Assembly: GCA_963825135.1 (NCBI GenBank)
Contig: CAWGRW010000009.1
Location: 1,025,008 to 1,089,007, forward strand
Reading direction: 5' to 3'
Source: an uncultured bacterium
GTDB lineage: Bacteria > Desulfobacterota_D > UBA1144 > Nemesobacterales > UBA2774
DNA length: 64,000 nt
The position numbers were made by a program, and so were the translations under genes. Numbering within the stretch: the first letter of the stretch is position 1; each line of letters begins with the position of its first letter. This document shows positions 1 through 9,641 of this stretch, piece after piece. The notes beneath the pieces were generated by a model. The model was not told the origin of the DNA and did no database searches. It saw nothing but the letters and a program-made list of their open reading frames with translations.

Positions 1-4
1 GCAC

Positions 5-382
5 TCACCTTCCAGCCTCGGCGTGAAGAGAACGGCTTCCGTTAGGGAATATGTCGTAAGCAGGGGCGTAGACGCGGAACAGGTTCTGACAGTGAATAAA
101 TGTACGATTTACGATATGCAGCTCGTCAACTCCGAAGACGCCGTAAGACTCGACAGCAGGGTTCATTTCGTAGTGCTCGACCAATCTGTAGGCAGTGACA
201 GCCTGGTCCTTGCCAGGTGACGTAAATATTACTGCGTACATACATCTTCGGATAATCAAGAACGCGCGTTGACTTCTCCATATCTCCGAATATAACAAAG
301 CCTGTGGGCGGCTAACGCCGCCCTCAGGCTTATCATATACCGCTAACTCAAACCGCCGATCTTTTTGAGGATTAGCCTGCAA
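5..382 (-). CDS. Hypothetical protein, partial (N-terminus in window, runs off the left edge)
   Basis: 125-codon ORF with ATG at 382 and no stop before the window edge. It is longer than the competing + strand ORF 23..220. I recognise no family. Confidence 0.3.
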   Translation of the reverse strand: MQANPQKDRRFELAVYDKPEGGVSRPQALLYSEIWRSQRAFLIIRRCMYAVIFTSPGKDQAVTAYRLVEHYEMNPAVESYGVFGVDELHIVNRTFIHCQNLFRVYAPAYDIFPNGSRSLHAEAGR

Positions 383-504
383 CGCTATTTTAGCAGCTGC
401 CTGCGGCGCGTCCCAATCCGCATATGCCCGACGGAAAACTGATCCGGATACAATACCGGCTTTTCCTGAACACAGATATATAGGGGGTACGTAAGAAGAT
501 TTTT

Positions 505-577
505 GGCTGGGGCACTAGGATTCGAACCTAGACTGATGGATCCAGAGTCCATAGTACTACCGTTATACTATGCCCCA
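505..577 (-). tRNA. tRNA-Gln (anticodon CUG)
   Basis: The reverse complement folds as a cloverleaf: acceptor stem TGGGGCA/TGCCCCA, anticodon stem ATGGA/TCCAT with loop CTCTGGA (anticodon CTG), T-arm CTAGG-TTCGAAT-CCTAG, and a 3' GCCA. The U1-A72 pair is typical of bacterial tRNA-Gln. Confidence 0.9.
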
Positions 578-688
578 GCAGGGTCTTAAAGTATTTATAA
601 TTATACCTTTTCCGTCAAGTATCTTGATAGCGGGCGTCCATTGGATAAAATACAGCTGTAGAAATACCGGGGAAAGGAGAATTTCCGT

Positions 689-868
689 ATGCCTGCTAAA
701 ACTCTGACTGTGAGGGCGCAAAACAAGCACGAGCTCGCGAAAAAAGTGGAAAGAGCTATAAAAGACGCATCCAAAAAAGGCATGATCTTTGTGAAACAGG
801 GGTATAAGGATAGCAGGATTAAAAAATCCAGAGGCGAATACGAAATAGAAATCGAGGTACACTCTTAA
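689..868 (+). CDS. Small basic hypothetical protein (59 aa), unannotated in the ORF track
   Basis: ATG at 689 preceded by GGAGA 8 nt upstream. Translates to MPAKTLTVRAQNKHELAKKVERAIKDASKKGMIFVKQGYKDSRIKKSRGEYEIEIEVHS, with TAA at 866-868. It ends 10 nt before queF. Confidence 0.35.
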   Translation: MPAKTLTVRAQNKHELAKKVERAIKDASKKGMIFVKQGYKDSRIKKSRGEYEIEIEVHS

Positions 869-878
869 ATAACTCAAG

Positions 879-1259
879 ATGGAAAAGAGCCCTTCTCAAA
901 AGCTTGAGACGTTCGAGAATCAGTACCCCGGAAGGGAGTACGAAATCGACATCACCTGTCCGGAATTTACGTGCGTATGCCCCAAAACCGGCCAGCCGGA
1001 CTTCGCGTCAATCAATATTAAATACGTGCCCGACCGTCTGTGCATTGAGCTCAAATCCCTCAAACTCTACATCTATTCTTTCCGGGACGTCGGCACCTTC
1101 CACGAACACGTCACGAATAAAATTCTCGACGACGTGGTCGAGGCGTGCAAACCTCTGAGAGCCGAAGTCACCGGGGACTTCAACGTGCGGGGCGGAATCA
1201 AAACAGTGGTCAGGGCATCCTATCATAAAAATGAGAGCGGGAAAGCGGGATTCAAATAA
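879..1259 (+). CDS. queF: NADPH-dependent 7-cyano-7-deazaguanine (preQ0) reductase QueF, YkvM-type
   Basis: 126 aa. The QueF catalytic region [16 protein letters not shown] and the [13 protein letters not shown] motif are recognisable from sequence. Confidence 0.85.
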   Translation: MEKSPSQKLETFENQYPGREYEIDITCPEFTCVCPKTGQPDFASINIKYVPDRLCIELKSLKLYIYSFRDVGTFHEHVTNKILDDVVEACKPLRAEVTGDFNVRGGIKTVVRASYHKNESGKAGFK

Positions 1260-1373
1260 TAGACGACAAACACAATGCGCATCAATAAAGAGCGCATCGT
1301 TTACGATAATCCATTTGATCCTCCGATAGTTATCGGGAATCTGCGTGTCCCGGCGCAGTGAGACGGACGGCTA

Positions 1374-2186
1374 ATGCTTGCGAAAATCCAGATAATTGTA
1401 ACTGCCATGATCATTGCAGTGATAATAGGCGTCGCCCTCGCCGCGCCCTACATCGCTCCCTATAAATATGACGAAACCGACTTCAGGAACACCCTCGCAA
1501 AACCCGGAAGCCGACACCTGATGGGCACGGATCAAGAGGGCAGAGACCTCCTGAGCAGGATAATATACGGATCGAGGGTGTCGATAACCGTCGCCCTCGG
1601 CACAGCGCTGATAGCCCTGATAATAGGGACGATTTACGGCGCGGTCTCAGGATACAGGGGCGGGACTACCGACGAGATGATGATGAGGCTCGTCGACATC
1701 TTCTATTCACTTCCCGACCTTCTGCTCATCGTGCTTATTACACTCGTTATAGGACGGGGCGTCCTGGGAATTGTTCTCGCGCTCGGCCTCACCGCCTGGA
1801 TGCGGGTAGCGAGGATAGTGAGGGGGAGCGTGCTTCAGCTCAAAGGGGTCGAATTCGTCCAGTCCGCGAAGAGCCTTGGGGCATCGCCTTCAAGAATACT
1901 GGGCCGCCACATTATTCCCAATATCTTGAGCCCCCTGATAATAACTCTCACGTTCGCGGTCCCATACGCCATACTCGCCGAATCCACTCTGAGCTTTTTA
2001 GGTCTCGGCATCGCTCCCCCTGAGTCAAGCTGGGGGACGCTCGCGAGCACGGGATGGCAGGGGATGAGGACCTTCCCCCATCTCATATTGTTCCCCAGCC
2101 TGGCTATTTTCATTACGGCATTTTCATTTAACCTATTCGGAGAGGGGATGAGGGATTTCCTCGATCCGCAAAAAAGAGGGAGGTAG
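1374..2186 (+). CDS. ABC transporter permease, OppC/DppC (peptide/nickel) family
   Basis: 270 aa and multi-TM. The EAA-like region and the GTDQEGRDLLSRIIYGSRVSI stretch resemble the OppC/DppC periplasmic loop. No partner permease, ATPase or binding protein is adjacent. Confidence 0.7.
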   Translation: MLAKIQIIVTAMIIAVIIGVALAAPYIAPYKYDETDFRNTLAKPGSRHLMGTDQEGRDLLSRIIYGSRVSITVALGTALIALIIGTIYGAVSGYRGGTTDEMMMRLVDIFYSLPDLLLIVLITLVIGRGVLGIVLALGLTAWMRVARIVRGSVLQLKGVEFVQSAKSLGASPSRILGRHIIPNILSPLIITLTFAVPYAILAESTLSFLGLGIAPPESSWGTLASTGWQGMRTFPHLILFPSLAIFITAFSFNLFGEGMRDFLDPQKRGR

Positions 2187-2188
2187 AG

Positions 2189-4297
2189 GTGCTGAAGACG
2201 CCTACGGGTCATAGAAACGGCAACGACATGAAGCCTCCCATACTATTGTACGCGGCGGGCATATGCATGGTCGCGATGTTTATAGTCCTCGCTTTGAATT
2301 CGTCGTCCCTGGCGCAGATAAACTGCCAGTCTGAAATTTACCTTCAAGCGAAAACGGACCCTGAAGACAGGTTCAAAAAGGGATACTGTTTTATTCAGCT
2401 CGGGCAGTTCCAGGAAGGCGTCACGAGGCTCGCCGGTCTGGAGAACGAGCTCCCGCTCATAGCGGACTATGTCATATATTACCAGGGGGCCGGGTATGAG
2501 AACTTGGGCGACCTCGCTAACGCATCGTTGCAATTCAACAGGGTTATCACAGGCTACCCCGACAGCGGGGTGAGGAAAAAGACGCTCGCAAGGCTCGGGA
2601 ACATCTACATGCAGACCGGGGATTATGCCAACGCCGAGCGCATATTCAGGTCCCTTTATGCCGAGGAAAGCGACAGGGAGCTTAAGGCGTCCTGCCTGGA
2701 AAGCCTCGGTCAGGCTCTCGAGAAACAGGGGAAGTACCCGGACGCCGCGAGCACCTACAAACAGGTCTGGGTCGAATTCCCCGAAACAAAGTCATCTTTC
2801 AGCGCGGAAAAAGCGGCGCTCCAGATAAGCGCCGCACAGGGGGTTCCTTTCGCGCAGTCTGAATCCGACTACCTCCAGAGGGCCGACAAGCTGTATGAGC
2901 TCTCGAAGTGGTCATCAGCCGTACAGAACTACGAAATGGTTTCGTCTCAAAGCCCGGAGGTGAGAACAAGGATGGGCATAGCCATGGTCAACGCGGGGAG
3001 TCTAAACGAAGCCGAAAGCAAACTGAGAGGAATTAATTCCCCGGAGTCCCTCTTCTGGAGGGGAAAGCTGAAATCAAAACAGGGCCTCGATGCGGAAGCC
3101 TCCGCCCTCTACTCCGAGATTCACACCTTGTTCCCGACAAGCGAGCTCGCACCCGAGGGGCTTTATAACGCAGCGCGTCTCTACCAGATCAACAACGACA
3201 ACGAAAGTGCCATAAAGACATACGACCTCCTGATGAGATCGTACCCTAAAAACGAGTTCACCGAAGACGGCGCTTGGAACCTCGGGTGGATCTACTACAA
3301 AAAGGGGAAGTATGCCGAAGCGCTCGCGAGCTTCTCAGCTTTTACAAACTCCTCCTCGTCATTCAACGCGGCCAACTCAAGGTACTGGAAGGCAAAGACG
3401 CTCGAAAAACAGGGAAGGAAGGACGAGGCCATGGCCGAGTACCTGGAGCTCGCCGATATGACAACCCCGACTTACCACTCGTACCTGGCACAGCTGAAGA
3501 CAGGCCACACCCCTTCTTTTCCGACTGTAAGTCCCGAAGCGACGGCGCTCAATCCCTCAGCCGCCGCGAAGAAGGAAAAGGCCGAATACCTGATCAGGCT
3601 CGGCTTGCCCGAGGATGCCAGACTCGAGATCGAAAAGATGGAGGCCCTCGCGAACACCCGGGAGGAATTCGTCGTCGTCAGTCTGCTGTACTCGAAAGTG
3701 GACGATTACTACAACTCGATAAAGGTCGCTCAGGACATCGGTCTACCCCAGGCTAACAGCCTCTCTTTTCCACGGGGCTATAAGGACATCGTAGCCTCGT
3801 ACGCGAGGAAATACGGCGTCGACGAGCTGCTCGTGTACTCCGTCATAAGGGAAGAAAGCAGGTTTCAGAAAGATGTCGTTTCGCCCGCGGACGCGGTCGG
3901 TCTCATGCAGCTCATTCCACCTACGGCTAGAACAGTGGCCAATCAAATAGGCATAAGCGGATTTACCACAGAGATGCTGACTATACCCAGAATAAACATC
4001 GAAATGGGGATTTATTATCTGAAGCAGGTGCTGGACCAGTTTGACGGGGACGTCGAGCTTGCGCTCGCGAGTTACAACGCAGGACCGCAGAGGGCTGCCG
4101 ACTGGAAAGTGGATTTCTACGGGCTCGAAAAGGACGAGTTCATAGAAGAGATTCCATTTAAGGAAACAAGGAACTATATAAGGAGAATTTTGAGGAGCTA
4201 CGGAGCGTATAAGGCCATTTACGGGAATACCGCTTCGGCGGCGCCCCGGAACAGCGTCCCCGCTCAAAATACCGGGACGCAAAACCCGGCACATTAA
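2189..4297 (+). CDS. Soluble lytic murein transglycosylase (TPR/superhelical N-domain plus SLT domain); the true start is probably the internal Met at ~2228, which gives a signal peptide
   Basis: 702 aa. The C-terminal SLT catalytic motifs are ESRFQKDVVSPADAVGLMQL and ASYNAGPQRAADW. The N-terminal region is TPR-like, and the sequence MKPPILLYAAGICMVAMFIVLALNSSSLA looks like a signal peptide. Confidence 0.8.
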   Translation: MLKTPTGHRNGNDMKPPILLYAAGICMVAMFIVLALNSSSLAQINCQSEIYLQAKTDPEDRFKKGYCFIQLGQFQEGVTRLAGLENELPLIADYVIYYQGAGYENLGDLANASLQFNRVITGYPDSGVRKKTLARLGNIYMQTGDYANAERIFRSLYAEESDRELKASCLESLGQALEKQGKYPDAASTYKQVWVEFPETKSSFSAEKAALQISAAQGVPFAQSESDYLQRADKLYELSKWSSAVQNYEMVSSQSPEVRTRMGIAMVNAGSLNEAESKLRGINSPESLFWRGKLKSKQGLDAEASALYSEIHTLFPTSELAPEGLYNAARLYQINNDNESAIKTYDLLMRSYPKNEFTEDGAWNLGWIYYKKGKYAEALASFSAFTNSSSSFNAANSRYWKAKTLEKQGRKDEAMAEYLELADMTTPTYHSYLAQLKTGHTPSFPTVSPEATALNPSAAAKKEKAEYLIRLGLPEDARLEIEKMEALANTREEFVVVSLLYSKVDDYYNSIKVAQDIGLPQANSLSFPRGYKDIVASYARKYGVDELLVYSVIREESRFQKDVVSPADAVGLMQLIPPTARTVANQIGISGFTTEMLTIPRINIEMGIYYLKQVLDQFDGDVELALASYNAGPQRAADWKVDFYGLEKDEFIEEIPFKETRNYIRRILRSYGAYKAIYGNTASAAPRNSVPAQNTGTQNPAH

Positions 4298-4935
4298 GCC
4301 GTCGCGGTTTTTATCTTCTCTCCGCAGAGCGCCCCGAAATTCCTGAGGAGCCTCAATCCGTGCGCGCTGCTCTTCTCGGGGTGGAATTGGCACGCGAATA
4401 TATTCCCGGTCTCCACCGCGGCCGTGAATTCTATCCCGTACTGAGTCGTTATCGCGATTATGCCCTCGTCCTCGGGCACCGGGTAATAGGAATGGACAAA
4501 GTAGAACCAGCTCCCGTCGGGTATTCCTTCCAGCAGAGCCGCTCTTTTTCTAATCTCGATCCTGTTCCAGCCCATGTGCGGGACCTTCAGACGCTCTTTC
4601 TGAAACGCGGGGAATCTCACGACCTTGCCCCCGAGCAGCCCCAGGCCCGCGACTCCGGGAGATTCTTCGCTCCCCTCAAACAGCACCTGCAGGCCGAGGC
4701 AGATACCCAGATAGGGCCTCCCCGATTCGATGAACTCTTTTATAATATGAAATATCCCGTTTTCTTCGAGGTTCCTTACGCAGTCCCCGAATGCCCCCTG
4801 CCCCGGAAGCACCAGGCCGTCCGCATTTTGAATATCATGAGGGTCCCTCGTCACGTTTACCGGAAGACCCTGGCTCTGGAACGCCTTGCTCACGCTCCTC
4901 AAATTCCCCATTCCGTAATCGACAATCGCGATCAT
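4294..4935 (-). CDS. hisH: Imidazole glycerol phosphate synthase glutamine amidotransferase subunit HisH
   Basis: 213 aa. MIAIVDYGMGNLRSV, LPGQGAF, GICLGLQ and HMGWN are class-I GATase / HisH hallmarks. Confidence 0.9.
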   Translation of the reverse strand: MIAIVDYGMGNLRSVSKAFQSQGLPVNVTRDPHDIQNADGLVLPGQGAFGDCVRNLEENGIFHIIKEFIESGRPYLGICLGLQVLFEGSEESPGVAGLGLLGGKVVRFPAFQKERLKVPHMGWNRIEIRKRAALLEGIPDGSWFYFVHSYYPVPEDEGIIAITTQYGIEFTAAVETGNIFACQFHPEKSSAHGLRLLRNFGALCGEKIKTATA

Positions 4936-4938
4936 GGA

Positions 4939-5529
4939 TCAGAGTTTCCCTTTAGTGGACGGAATATCGCCCGATCTGGGGTCGATTCTCGAAGCGTTGT
5001 CGAGCGCGCGGCCGACCGCCTTGAAAATCGCCTCTATCATATGGTGGAGGTTGTCACCGTATTTAAGCTCTATGTGCAGGTTGCACATGAGGGTGTTGGA
5101 GAACGACTTGAAGAATTCCTCCCCCAGCTCGAGGTCGAATTCCCCCACCTTGCTTTTGGGCACCTTCACCTTATACACCAGGTATGGTCTCCCGCTCAAG
5201 TCGACCGACGCGAAGGCGAGCGTTTCGTCGAAAGGCACGAAAGCCTCGCCGAACCTCCTGATTGATTTCTTGTCGCCGAGCGCCTTCTGAAACGCGTCCC
5301 CGAGCGCGAGCCCGACGTCCTCTACCGTGTGGTGAAAATCCACGTCGAGGTCCCCGAGCGCGCTTATTTTAAGGTCGAAATAGCCGTGTTTCGCGAACTG
5401 GGAAAGCATGTGGTTAAAGAACGGTATGCCGGTATCGATCTCAAACAGACCCTCACCGTCAAGGTTTATATCCACCTTGACCTTCACTTCGGACGTTACC
5501 CTTTCAACTTTCGCTTTTCTTTGTTTCAT
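4939..5529 (-). CDS. hisB: Imidazoleglycerol-phosphate dehydratase HisB
   Basis: 196 aa. IGPD motifs include DTGIPFFNHML, the histidine-rich HHxxE stretch and HIELKYGDNLHH. Confidence 0.9.
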   Translation of the reverse strand: MKQRKAKVERVTSEVKVKVDINLDGEGLFEIDTGIPFFNHMLSQFAKHGYFDLKISALGDLDVDFHHTVEDVGLALGDAFQKALGDKKSIRRFGEAFVPFDETLAFASVDLSGRPYLVYKVKVPKSKVGEFDLELGEEFFKSFSNTLMCNLHIELKYGDNLHHMIEAIFKAVGRALDNASRIDPRSGDIPSTKGKL

Positions 5530-5642
5530 AGATAGTTAAGAATCATATCAGAAATTCAAGGTCTGTCCAAGTGGGGAACCCAGGGCCCAATAACGGCGTC
5601 TTCGGCTTTCGGAAGCTCGCTCGAAAGAGTACAATATCGTCC

Positions 5643-6074
5643 ATGAAGATCGTGATTTCGGACGAAACGGGCGAACTCGACCGGAGATACAAATCGAGCC
5701 TCAGAAAAATCGGCGGAACGGTGCTTAAAAACCTTGGGCTGCCCTACGCGAGCGAGCTCTCGGTCTCTTTCGTCGACGACCGGAGGATGAGGGAGCTTAA
5801 CCGCGAATGGCGGAAAATAGACCGTACCACCGACGTCCTTTCCTTCCCCCAGGGCGGAGGGCCCGATTATACGCTGCTCGGCGACATAGTGATATCCATC
5901 GGCACGGCGAAACGCCATAGCGTCAAATACGGAAATACACTCCGCGAAGAGATAAAGAAACTCATTGTCCACGGCATACTCCATCTTCTCGGATACGACC
6001 ACAAGAAAAAAAGAGAAAAAGCGGTAATGCGGGATATGGAATCCGACCTGATGTCGTCTATACAAAAATTATAG
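5643..6074 (+). CDS. ybeY: rRNA maturation endoribonuclease YbeY (the ORF-track start at 5571 is probably too far upstream; the internal ATG at 5643 fits the family length)
   Basis: YbeY metal-binding motif HGILHLLGYDH. The region VSFVDDRRMRELNREWRKIDRTTDVLSFP is typical of the family. Confidence 0.85.
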   Translation: MKIVISDETGELDRRYKSSLRKIGGTVLKNLGLPYASELSVSFVDDRRMRELNREWRKIDRTTDVLSFPQGGGPDYTLLGDIVISIGTAKRHSVKYGNTLREEIKKLIVHGILHLLGYDHKKKREKAVMRDMESDLMSSIQKL

Positions 6075-6091
6075 TACCGGCGTCGCCGAAC

Positions 6092-7324
6092 CTACTTTTT
6101 CTTCTTTATTGCGAGCTTGACTTCATCGATAGACCGCGTCGTTGCCCTGGTGATTGTAAACACGCAGTTCTTCAGCTTAATCTTATCGCCCGTTTTCGGT
6201 ATCGAGCCAGATTCGGAAAGGAGGAACCCGCTCAGGGTTTCGTAATCGGCGCTCTCCGGTATGCCCAGCCCGAGGTCGTCGTTTATCAGGTCTATCTCTA
6301 TTTTCGGATTTACGAGATACTCTCCCTCGGCTGTCTTTCTCCAGAGCTTGATGCCCTTGTCGTACTCGTCCTCGATCTCCCCGACGACTTCCTCGATTAT
6401 ATCCTCGAGCGCTATCACTCCCACAGCGCCGCCGTATTCGTCCACTACGACAGCCATACCGGCTCTGCCTTCTTTCATTTCATCCAGCAGCTCGTCCACG
6501 AGCTTGGATTCGGGCACGTAGAAAGGCACGCGCGAAAAGTTCTTCACTCTTTCGTTCGGATCGGCGCCGAGCAGATAAAAAGAATGCAGCATGCCGGTGA
6601 TATTATCCACGCGGTGGCTGAAGATCGGTATCCTCGAGTATCCGGTTTCTTTTATCATCTGCACCGCATCGCCCACTTTCGACTCATCGCTGAGAGCGCT
6701 CACATGGACGAGGGGGATCATTATCTCATCGACCGTAGTCTCGGAGAACCTGAATATCCTTTTTATCATCCTTTCCTTATAATCCACTGTGGGCTTGGAA
6801 GCGTCGCCCTCTATAACGTCTATGAGCTCTTCTCTCGTAATGAAGGTATTTTCCGTGCTGCCTATCAGGGTCAGTATTTTCCTGGTGAATATACTCACGA
6901 CGGTCAGAATCGGATAAAAGACCTTCGACGCAAACCATAACGGGTATATAGTCCAAAGAATTATCGTGTTCCTTTTTTTCTGGAATACCGCCTTCGGCAC
7001 CACCTGTCCGAATATGACGATCAGGGGGGAAAGAATGAGAACGGTGTAGTACTCCCTCCCGGCCCCGAACTTATGGTGGATATAAAAGGTCATGATTATA
7101 GTGCTCGTTATAAGGGACAGGTTAATCCCGACCAGCGTAGTGCTTATAAAGAGCTCTATCTCGGAATAGGCGCTCATTACGAGCTTTGCTCCCTTAGAGC
7201 CGCCGTCCGCGAGCACCTTCATCTTCACCTTATCGCAGGAGATAAGGGCTATCTCGGTGCCCGCAAAAAATCCCTGTATGAGAAGCGAAATGGCGATTAT
7301 TACGATCAGGAGCTCAAGCGACAA
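6092..7324 (-). CDS. CNNM/CorC-HlyC family transporter (DUF21 membrane domain, CBS pair, CorC_HlyC C-terminal domain)
   Basis: 410 aa. An N-terminal multi-TM DUF21-like region is followed by a CBS pair and a CorC/HlyC transporter-associated C-terminus. Confidence 0.75.
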   Translation of the reverse strand: MSLELLIVIIAISLLIQGFFAGTEIALISCDKVKMKVLADGGSKGAKLVMSAYSEIELFISTTLVGINLSLITSTIIMTFYIHHKFGAGREYYTVLILSPLIVIFGQVVPKAVFQKKRNTIILWTIYPLWFASKVFYPILTVVSIFTRKILTLIGSTENTFITREELIDVIEGDASKPTVDYKERMIKRIFRFSETTVDEIMIPLVHVSALSDESKVGDAVQMIKETGYSRIPIFSHRVDNITGMLHSFYLLGADPNERVKNFSRVPFYVPESKLVDELLDEMKEGRAGMAVVVDEYGGAVGVIALEDIIEEVVGEIEDEYDKGIKLWRKTAEGEYLVNPKIEIDLINDDLGLGIPESADYETLSGFLLSESGSIPKTGDKIKLKNCVFTITRATTRSIDEVKLAIKKKK

Positions 7325-8657
7325 CGGCCACCTCCTCCCTCATTCTTTGAACCTTTATTTCCGTTATTCTTTTACCCGATATCTTATTGACGAGGAAAAC
7401 CAGGCTCCCGTACGATACGCTGTCCCCTTCGTCAGGGAATTTCCCGAATATATCGAAAATAAATCCCGCGACCGTCTCGTGGTCCTCCTGCGCCGGAAGT
7501 ATCGACAGTTCGAGGTCCTCTCCAAGGTTATCCAGGCCCCCGAACCTGAGGACGGTAAAAAGGAACGTATCGTTGAATTCCTCGATCTTCATGCTGCCCG
7601 GGATTATGAGAGATTCGCCTTCCCACCCGACCTGGGACTTTTTCACCACCCTTCTTTCGTCCTCTATCTCGCCGAACAGTTCCTCGAGTATGTCCTCCAT
7701 CGTCACTAAACCGTCGAACCGGCCGTATTCGTCCACGACTATTGCTATATGCTTCCGCTCATGCTGAAGCTCCTTCAGAAGATCGAAGGCCATTTTCGTC
7801 CGAGGGATAAAATAAGGCGGCTTGAGGATGCTCTTCAATGTCACGTCGTCGGAAAGCTCGTAGGAAAGGAGGTCTTTCGCGTATAGCACCCCCACTATAT
7901 TGTCCTTATCGCCTTCATAAACGGGCGTCCTCGAAAACCCCCTCTTCTTTACCTCGTAAACGGCGTCTTTACGCGAGAGGTTTGCGGGCAGGAGGAAGCA
8001 GTCTATAGAGGGAGTCATGATTTTATACGCCGGCACCTCCTCCAGTCTGAAGAGGCTGCTAACGAGCTTCTCTTCTATCTCCGTTATGACCCCTTCCTCG
8101 CTCCCGAGCCCCACGAGCACCCTGACTTCCTCGGGAGTAAATTCCTTACTGTGCTCATATTCGATTTTCCCGCCCAGAATCCTCGTAAAGCCGATAGACA
8201 GAATAACGAGAACCCACCTGACGGGAGTAATCAGCAGGTGAAAAAAATGAATGGGATATGAAACGATTCCGGCTATTACCCTCGGATACTTGACGCTCAG
8301 GGTCTTGGGTCCGATCTCGCCCAGGAGGAGCAGACTCGGTGAGGCCACCGCTATCGAAATGAGCGTCACCGAATGCTCCGAATAACCTCGCAGGAGCTCA
8401 TTTATGGTAAGACCTATGACGCTCGTGTACGCAACGTTTACGACCTCGTCGGCAAAAAGGATCGTTACTATCAGCTTATAGGGCTCATGAAGAAGCTTCT
8501 CTATCAGCTTCGAGCTCTTCCTTCCCTCTTTCTTGAGCCTTTCACGCTGGTGCCTGCTCAAAGAAAAAAGCGATCCCTCGGACGCGCTGAAAAAGCCCGA
8601 GAGCAGCAGAAGCAGCAGGATTAATAAAAAGTTATAACTTAACGGTACGTCGTCCAT
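7314..8657 (-). CDS. Second CNNM/CorC-HlyC family transporter (tandem paralog)
   Basis: 447 aa with the same architecture as the upstream paralog. It overlaps its neighbour by 11 bp and abuts thiL, which suggests an operon. Confidence 0.75.
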   Translation of the reverse strand: MDDVPLSYNFLLILLLLLLSGFFSASEGSLFSLSRHQRERLKKEGRKSSKLIEKLLHEPYKLIVTILFADEVVNVAYTSVIGLTINELLRGYSEHSVTLISIAVASPSLLLLGEIGPKTLSVKYPRVIAGIVSYPIHFFHLLITPVRWVLVILSIGFTRILGGKIEYEHSKEFTPEEVRVLVGLGSEEGVITEIEEKLVSSLFRLEEVPAYKIMTPSIDCFLLPANLSRKDAVYEVKKRGFSRTPVYEGDKDNIVGVLYAKDLLSYELSDDVTLKSILKPPYFIPRTKMAFDLLKELQHERKHIAIVVDEYGRFDGLVTMEDILEELFGEIEDERRVVKKSQVGWEGESLIIPGSMKIEEFNDTFLFTVLRFGGLDNLGEDLELSILPAQEDHETVAGFIFDIFGKFPDEGDSVSYGSLVFLVNKISGKRITEIKVQRMREEVAVVA

Positions 8658-9641
8658 TTAATTCCCGAAGTGGATGAACCCCCTCCTGTTTATACTGATT
8701 TCGTTTCCGGCCGAATCGAGTACGGCGAAGGCGGTGTCGGGTACCACCTCGCCTATTTCTGTAATCAGAATATCGAGACTCGCCGAGAGCGCCCCGATCT
8801 CCTCTCTACGCGCGACGGGCGAGGTAAAGAGGATCTCGTAATCCTCTCCTCCGCTCAAAGCAGGTTCATAAAAATCATCCGTGTAATCCGCAACATGTTC
8901 AGAATATTCCCGAGAGACGGGTATTCGATTTAACTGCAGCACCGCTCCTACACCCTGCTGCAATGTTATACGCTCCAGGTCGAGAAGCAGGCCGTCGCTC
9001 ACGTCTATCATGGATGTAGCTACTCCGCTAAGGGCGAGTTTTCTTCCAAGGGAAAGCCTGGGCCTGGGGTATGTGTGCCTCTTTATCAGCGTAGCATATT
9101 CGTCGGACCTTTTCCCGTCCCTGAGCAGCCTCAACCCGAGGGCAGAGTCTCCGAGCGTCCCGCTCACGTATATCGCATCACCCGGCATTGCCCCGCTTCT
9201 TCTGACCATCTTTCCCGGCTCGACCTCGCCGAGCGACGTAACATCGAGAAAGACTTTTTCCGACGAGCTAAGGTTCCCGCCCACGAGTTTCACCCCGAAC
9301 TCCTTCTCGGAGGACTTGAATCCGTTTATCAATTCCAGGAGAAAGCCTTCGTCCTCGTTCCCCGAAAACCCGAGCGACGCCAGAATGAACTTCGGGACTC
9401 CGCCCATTGCTCCTATGTCGCTAACGGATACCGCGACTGACTTTCTCGCCAGATCGCCAGGGGATATAAGAGATTTTAGAAAATGAACATCCTCGACCTG
9501 ACAATCCGTCGTTGCAAGGAGGAGTTTTCCCGGGCTTACCTTAAGGGCCGCGGCATCGTCCCCAATCCCAGCCTCAACGCATTCTTTTGCGCCGTGAAAC
9601 TGCTCTTCGATGAGACGAAGAGCGCTCAGTTCGTTTATCAT
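8658..9641 (-). CDS. thiL: Thiamine-monophosphate kinase ThiL
   Basis: 327 aa. It has the AIR-synthase-like fold motifs of ThiL (GDDAAAL, ATTDCQVEDVHF, VAVSVSDIGAMGG). Confidence 0.85.
   Translation of the reverse strand: MINELSALRLIEEQFHGAKECVEAGIGDDAAALKVSPGKLLLATTDCQVEDVHFLKSLISPGDLARKSVAVSVSDIGAMGGVPKFILASLGFSGNEDEGFLLELINGFKSSEKEFGVKLVGGNLSSSEKVFLDVTSLGEVEPGKMVRRSGAMPGDAIYVSGTLGDSALGLRLLRDGKRSDEYATLIKRHTYPRPRLSLGRKLALSGVATSMIDVSDGLLLDLERITLQQGVGAVLQLNRIPVSREYSEHVADYTDDFYEPALSGGEDYEILFTSPVARREEIGALSASLDILITEIGEVVPDTAFAVLDSAGNEISINRRGFIHFGN

Noticed and set aside
23-220. + strand 65-aa ORF at the window start
   Set aside because: It competes with a longer minus-strand ORF (5..382) that has a proper ATG and runs off the edge. 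Neither has recognisable homology. I kept the longer one at low confidence.
580-878. Possible preQ1 riboswitch upstream of queF
   Set aside because: There is no AAAAAACUA-type tail or small pseudoknot-forming hairpin. A small protein ORF with an RBS occupies the region instead.
4360-5265. 301-aa + strand ORF overlapping hisH/hisB
   Set aside because: It is antisense to two confidently identified his genes, and its translation matches no family.
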